A stretch of DNA of 51,465 bases, filler included, from Torpedo marmorata (Eukaryota): assembly GCA_977017645.1 (NCBI GenBank). It is 4 parts of 4 records of this genome, joined end to end, with 100 filler letters (N's around TTAATTAATTAA, not from the genome) between each part and the next. Parts side by side here need not be neighbours in the genome. Positions count along the whole stretch, not along the records: positions 33,119 to 51,465 come from OZ360239.1; 3 more parts are not named here. One strand, written 5' to 3'. The first letter of the stretch is position 1; every line of letters begins with the position of its first letter. A model generated the notes under the pieces. That model was not told the origin of the DNA and ran no database searches. It saw only the letters and a program-made list of their open reading frames with translations. Shown piece by piece: positions 46,006-51,465 of this stretch. The translations under genes were made by a program, and so were the position numbers.

Positions 46006-46064
46006 ATCTACAGCATTGCAATAGGAAGGGAGCGGGGTTTTGATTTAGTGTTTATCCTATTCAT

Positions 46065-46375
46065 TAGGGAACCTGATACAGAATTATGAGACTAGGTAGT
46101 TGGAAACTTTTCCCAATAGCGGTGTATCTTAAACTAAAGGCATAGATTTAGAGTAAGGGGTTTAGAGGGGAACTGAGGAAAATTGTTTTCACCGAGACAG
46201 TGGTTGGAACCTGGAACACACTGCCTGAGCGGGCGGAGGAGACAGATACTCTCATTTAAAAGTATCTAGACGATCATTTGAATTTCCAAGGTGTAGAAGG
46301 GCACAGACCAAATGCTGGTAAATGGTATAGCTGACATGGAGGGGGCAAAGGGCCTGCTTTTGTGCTGTCGATCTA
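46065..46375 (+). mobile_element. CR1 3' fragment
   Basis: AAACTAAAGGCATAGATTTAGAG...TTCACCGAGACAGTGGTTGGAACCTGGAACACACTGCC (TRGH.../WN.LP region), followed by a CR1-type 3' UTR. Confidence 0.8.
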
Positions 46376-46479
46376 TTAATATCACAGAAGGAAATCTGCC
46401 TCCTTTATCCTCTATAGGCAATGTAAAACACCATCATGGTTGCTTTTAAACTGTCCACTGAAGTAGCTTAGTGCTTGGT

Positions 46480-46665
46480 ACAGATCTATCAAGCTGCTAA
46501 ATTTAGCAACATTTGAAAATGCTTTTTGGAGAATAATGGAATTAAGGGTTACTGGGAACAGGTGGGTAAGTAGAGCTGTGTCCACGGTCAGATCAGCCAT
46601 GATCTCATTGAATGGCAGAGCAGGCTCGATGGGCCAAATGGCCTCCTGCTCCTATTTTTTTTAAA
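46480..46665 (+). mobile_element. CR1 3' end fragment
   Basis: GATCAGCCATGATCTCATTGAATGGCAGAGCAGGCTCGATGGGCC... matches the reverse complement of 7420-7490. Confidence 0.8.
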
Positions 46666-46939
46666 TGTTTTTATGCTTTGCCACCATCTTCCAAGAGCAA
46701 ATAAGCATAGACTTTACATTTTGTCCATGTCAGCATTGTCCCTGTCTTACAAATTCGTAGATAATTGTTGAGATTATTTGTATTTGATATAGCTGAATAC
46801 CCAGTGTTGCCAATGAGTTTCAGAAGCTAAAAGATGGATGTCATCATACAGGGAAATGCTTTTTTTATTCCTGTTGTCCAGTGGTTCAATTTACAAATGT
46901 GCCCATTATAGTAACAATATAGTCAATGAAAAAAAACCA

Positions 46940-47062
46940 AACACTGCAGGTGCTGAAAATCTAAAGTAAAAACAGAAATGCGGTAAATTCTCAGCAGGCC
47001 GGCTGCATCCGTTAGAAGAGAAACGGAGCTAACGTTTAAGCTTGAAGACCCTGCGTCAGAAG
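46940..47062 (-). mobile_element. Old Penelope pLTR remnant
   Basis: CTGCAGGTGCTG...CTCAGCAGG...GCATCC...AACGTTT..., with a degenerate hammerhead-like motif at ~47026-47061. Confidence 0.6.
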
Positions 47063-47711
47063 GGTTTTTTAATCAGGGTACTGTACCAAATTACAGACAA
47101 GACTGAGATTGCAGGTTTCACCATAACCTCTGGGTGGCAGTATCACAGAAAGGGAGAGAAACTGACCATTTGGGCTTTTCTGCTTCTGATGAACAACCAG
47201 TGAGCTAAGTTTCAGTTTATTTGTCACAAGATACCGAGTACAGTGAGAAGGAGTTTTCTGCAGGCAGACCAACAGGTTATCTCTAACATCCAATACAGCT
47301 GTGTAAAGAGCACAATTACAGATTATAGGATTGGAATGAAAAGAAAGATCAATTAGACCTGTAAGAAGATTTTAAAGAGAAATATTAGTATTATTGAAAG
47401 GAAGAGCAGAGTGGAATGGTTGAATGTTATGAGAGGATCTGCTCAGAGTTCACAACTCTGGTTTCACCATACTTCGTCAGTTCCATCTGGATCGGCTCTA
47501 TTCCAACCACAATGGAAATGTGTGCCACTATCAGGCAAAGACAAGGCTGGGTTTAAATACAATTTCCCATTTTTCTTGTACGTAAACCTTGCCAAAATGT
47601 GAACATCCTTGTAGATTCTTTTGCTTGTAATTTAACTTAATGCCGTGAAATACAAAATCAGCAGACACTGGAATCTTGAGCAAAGAAGCTGGAGGAACTC
47701 AGTGGGTAGGC

Positions 47712-49199
47712 AAGTCAAGTCACCAAGTCAAGTCCCCTTTATTTGTCGTTCATTACCATATACACAGTAAGACGAGATAGCGTTTCTCCAGGACCATGGG
47801 CAGATGTACATAAATATCATAATACAATAGAAAAAACTATAACATGCTAATACACATATATATCTAGGAATTGAGGAGCCTGATGACTTGGGGAAAAAAC
47901 TGTTGCACAGTCTGGACATACGAGCCCGAGTGCTTCAGTCCCTCCTTCCAGATGGCAAAGGGAAAACAGTTTACCAAAGGGGTGTGAGAAGTCCTTCACA
48001 ATGTTTTTAGCCTTCCTCATGCATCGTGTGTTGTAAATGTCTGTCATGGTGGGGAGAGAAACTCCAATAATTTTCTCCGCTGCCCTCACTATCCTCTGCA
48101 GGGTCTTTCGGTCCGAGGTGGTACAGTTACCAAACCAAGCGGTGATGCAATTGCTCAGAATACTCTCAATACATCCCCTGTAGAATGTAGTAAGGATAGG
48201 GGGTGGGAGATGAACTTTCCTCAGTCTTCGCAGGAAGTAAAGACGCTGCTGGGCTTTCTTGACTATGGAACTGGTGTTGAGGGACCAGGTGAGACTCCGC
48301 CAAGTGCACTCCAAGAAACTTGGTACTCTTTACGACCTCAACGGTAGAGCCGTCCATGGTCAAAGGTGAATGATCCCCCTGGGCCCTTCTGAAGTCGACA
48401 ACCAACTCTTTCGTTTTGTTTACGTTCAGCTGCAGATTGTTGTTTCCGCACCATTCCATTAGCGACTGCACCTCATCTCTGTATGCTGACTCATCGTTCT
48501 TACTGATAAGGCCCACCACGGTTGTATCATCAGCGAACTTTATGATGTGATTCGAGCTGTGTTTTGCTGCACAGTCATGAGTCAGCAGGGTGAACAGCAA
48601 TGGACTAAGCACACAGCCCTGGGGAGCCCCCGTGCTCAATGTAATGACCATAGAAGTGCTGTTTCCAATCCGGACTGCCTGAGGTCTTCCCGTCAGGAAG
48701 TCTAGGATCCAATTACAGAGGGTGTAGTTTAGGCCCAGCCCCCTCAACTTCCCTATCAGGTACTGAGGTATGATCGTGTTGAATGCCGAGCTGAAGTCAA
48801 TAAACAGCATTCGAACATACGTGTCCTTATTTTCCAGGTGGGTGAGGGCGGTAATGATGTCATCTGTGGAGCGGTTTGATCTATATGTGAACTGCAGGGG
48901 GTCCAGTGAGGGGGGCAGCAGAAGCTTGATGTGCCTCATGACGAGCCTCTCGAAGCACTTCATGTCGGTAGATGTGAGTGCGACAGGGCGGTAGTCATTG
49001 AGGCAGGACACCGTTGACTTCTTCGGCACGAGAATGATGGTAGCGGCTTTGAAGCACGTTGGAACCACGGCACTGCTCAGTGAGATGTTAAAGATGTCGG
49101 TGAGAACATCAGCCATCCCCTGAGCACTCTGCCGGGAATGTTATCTGGCCCAGCAGCTTTCTGTGGGTTAACCTTGCTTAACACTCTCCTCACGTCCTT
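47712..49199 (-). mobile_element. Rex1/Babar LINE, second subfamily with a (GACTT)n tail, 5'-truncated
   Basis: ORFs 48166..49116 ([46 protein letters not shown]) and 47847..48314. Confidence 0.95.
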
Positions 49200-49220
49200 A
49201 GCATCCATGGGTAGAAATAG

Positions 49221-49260
49221 TCGGTCGATGTTTCGGGTTGGGACCCTTTATTAAGACTGA
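49221..49260 (-). ncRNA. Decayed hammerhead-like motif with a compensatory stem II change
   Basis: Minus strand: ucaguc UUAAUAA A GGGU-CCCA-ACCC GAAAC AUC gaccga; stem I pairs 5 of 6; the core carries G>A changes. Confidence 0.5.
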
Positions 49261-49299
49261 TGTTAATGTGGTGATGTATAAAACAGCAGGCCAACTTGT

Positions 49300-49598
49300 G
49301 GGTGGTGCAAAATATCAGCACTGTCTCAGTGCCAGACACCCAGGTTTAATACTGACCTCCAGTGTTGTCTGAGCTTTGCGCATTCTCCCTGTGACCGCAT
49401 GAGTTGCTCAGTTTCCTCCCACACGTGTGGGTTAGCAGGAATTATCCATTGTAAATTGCCCCAGAGCATAGGTAAGTGGTAGAAAATGGGGGAGAGTTGC
49501 TGAGAAATTGAGGAGAATAAAAGAATAGGATTTGTGTAAATGGGTGATGGTGGAGACTTGGTGGTCGAAGAGTCTGCTGTGCTTTATCTTTATGACTC
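49300..49598 (+). mobile_element. Old V-SINE, degenerate
   Basis: V-domain-like TTTGCGCATTCTCCCTGTGACCGCATG...CAGTTTCCTCCCACA...TGTAAATTGCCCC, then a CR1-like tail. Confidence 0.7.
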
Positions 49599-49887
49599 AA
49601 TTGTCAACATTGGTATCAACTATTGAGTTGGATTTGGGGCTCCAAGTCAGTTTAGCCAGAAAATTATTTAAAGATTGGAAGGTAACAAAATCACAAAAAT
49701 GTCTTTAAATGAAAGCAATTACTCCAGAAAAAGTAACGTGGAGGTTGGATGAACAGAGATGTGTGCATAAAATCAGTGTTAGTTATTCATAGCAGTGGCC
49801 GTCAAGTTTAATTGACAGGCAAATTACCCAATCATCTGTTATCTGGCGCAGCAATGTCACAGATGAAGTCCTAGAATAATTTCAGTC

Positions 49888-50158
49888 AATGCAGGAAATA
49901 CTCAACACCTCAGGCAGCATCTGTGGAAAGAGAGGTAACGTTTCAGGCCGTGAACCTTCCAACAGAACTGGGAAAGAGAGATAAAAAGGTAGTGAAAATT
50001 CAAAAATAAACTAGATTTTTGGAAATCTGAAATAAAAACAGGAGATGCTGGAAACACTCTGTAGGTCAGCTAATAGTTTTTTTGTCTTTGTTCCTGCCTG
50101 ACCTGCTCAATATTTCTAGAATCTGCAATCTTGCTTCAGATTTTCAGCATCTGCAGAT
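49888..50158. mobile_element. Non-autonomous Penelope pLTR cluster (two direct heads plus one inverted)
   Basis: pLTR-like heads at ~49888 and ~50013, an inverted copy at ~50095-50158, and a degenerate hammerhead-like motif at 49932-49970. Confidence 0.6.
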
Positions 50159-50184
50159 TTCTGTTGACATCCATCATTTGACTT

Positions 50185-50355
50185 GCGTTGCCAGGGGTGG
50201 TGGTGGAGGCTGGTACAAGAGGGACATGTAAAAGATACTTAGACAGGCACATGGATTCAAGAAAAATATAGGGTTATGGGCTGTGAAGTTGGGAAGGGTT
50301 AGGTTGATGATGGAATAGATTTACATTGGTTGGCACATCATTGTACTGTTCTATC
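50185..50355 (+). mobile_element. CR1 3' fragment
   Basis: TTGCCAGGGGTGGTGGTGGAGGC...TTAGACAGGCACATG (LPGVVVEA...LDRHM) plus 3' UTR. Confidence 0.75.
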
Positions 50356-50539
50356 AGTAATTTCAACCGGCCCCATGTGAGGGAGCAAAGTACATTTGAG
50401 ACACTTAAAAAAAGGACAGGTGGGAGAACGAGTTGATGTAATGGGCCTTTAGCCATTTTTCAAACATTGCTAATTCTTTTGCTTCTAAGTGTATTTAGCC
50501 AATCCATTTAACCACGAGGATCTGAAAAAGACATCCATG

Positions 50540-50770
50540 AAACACCTTTCGCATATCCTCCAGCATGCCCCAAAGCATCTTGCAATCAAGACAGTTCCTT
50601 TTAAGTGTGCCATAATTTGAGAAAAGCAGCAGTCAATTGATGCACAGCAACCTGCAGCAAGCAATATGAAAATGAGCCAGCAAATCTTTTATTGACTGAG
50701 ATATAAACATTAGCCAGGGCACTCCAGTGTGGTTTGAAATGGTGCCGTGGAATCTCTTGTCACTAGAGGG
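50540..50770 (-). mobile_element. DeuSINE (SacSINE1-like) remnant
   Basis: CCCAAAGCA...GCAGCAGTCAATTGATGCACAGCAA...ACATTAGCCAGGGCAC...GAAATGGTGCCGTGGAATCT resembles the reverse strand of the Deu-domain SINE as I recall it. Confidence 0.6.
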
Positions 50771-50789
50771 AATAGAATGGGCATCAGAT

Positions 50790-51205
50790 ACATAATTCCC
50801 TGAAAGTGGCGTCACAGGTGGATAGGGTTGTAAAGAGAGCTTTTGGCATATTGGCCTTCATAAATCAAAGTGTTGAGTACAAGAGTTGGGATGTTATGTT
50901 AAAGTTGTATAAGACATTGGTGAGGCCACATTTGGAGTATTGTGTGCAGTTTTGGTCACCAAACTACAGGAAAGATATCAATAAGATTGAAAGAGTGCAG
51001 AGAAGATTTACTAGGATGTTGCCCAGACTTCAGGAACTGAGTTACAGCGAAAGGTTAAACAGGTTAGGACTTTATTCCCTGGAGTGTAGAAGAATGAGGG
51101 GAGATTTGATAGAGGTATTTAAAATTATGAGGGGTATAGACAGTAAATGTAGGTAGGGTTTTTCCACTGAGCGTACGTGACATACAAACCAGAGGACATG
51201 GGTTA
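50790..51205 (+). mobile_element. CR1 LINE ORF2 C-terminal fragment
   Basis: ORF 50806..51156: QVDRVVKRAFGILAFI...LVRPHLEYCVQFWSP...ERVQRRFTRMLP...YSLECRRMRGDLIEVFKIM, then TRGHG. Confidence 0.93.
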
Positions 51206-51247
51206 GATTTCAGATTAATTGTCAGAGTACACACATGACATCACATA

Positions 51248-51465
51248 CGGAAACGGACATTTTGGCAGGAAAAAAAAGACTTTTGTAGCCCTTCGGACAT
51301 TTTGGCGCCCACAGTTTGGCGCTGATCCGGCAACCCCCGGCGTTGCGGCGTTTCAGAAACATTTTGGGATTTATTGTTATGCTTGGGTTCATGTTTGCCG
51401 CTGGCCTGGCTCCCCGCGGCGTTTCAGAAACCGCTGCCTGAACCCACCGGCGTTTCAGAAACCTC
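51248..51465. repeat. Unclassified CpG-rich element end with repeated motifs, running off the window
   Basis: CGGACATTTTGGC at 51254 and 51294; GGCGTTTCAGAAAC at 51347, 51418 and 51449. Confidence 0.5.

Larger units (their letters stand above)
47658..49260 (-). mobile_element. Old Penelope pLTR remnant (47658-47711 + 49200-49260) split by a Rex1 insertion
   Basis: GCTGGAGGAACTCAGTGGGTAGGCA|GCATCCATGGG...GATGTTTCGGG rejoins into a pLTR when the Rex1 is removed. Confidence 0.7.

Overview
Eukaryotic, repeat-dominated intergenic or intronic DNA with no host gene that I can support. The repeat inventory suggests a cartilaginous fish (inference): CR1 LINEs with an esterase ORF1, Rex1/Babar, L1, RTE, Penelope-like elements, V-SINE and DeuSINE-type SINEs. 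Almost all ORFs in the track are broken retroelement or transposase pieces, or artefacts of an ~8.7-kb CT-rich satellite (33.1-41.8 kb). The best-resolved elements are: (1) a TSD-flanked partial-tandem Penelope-like element (13341-18156); (2) a full-length DD35D pogo transposon with two frameshifts (29416-31276); (3) three L1 copies with target-site duplications, one forming a CR1>L1>Penelope nest; (4) five Rex1/Babar copies with coding sequence plus isolated tails; (5) a 276-bp hAT MITE. The most interesting signals are about ten minimal hammerhead-ribozyme-like motifs in Penelope pseudo-LTRs, several with a non-canonical U3 core, Rex1 insertions at sites matching their own 3' tail, a ~100-bp segment resembling mammalian MER2/Tigger, and an unassigned degenerate reading frame in the first kb. 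Three 100-bp N44-TTAATTAATTAA-N44 spacers are assembly linkers, so adjacency across them is not guaranteed. I cannot support a wholly new biological system here; family names come from motif recognition, not database searches.
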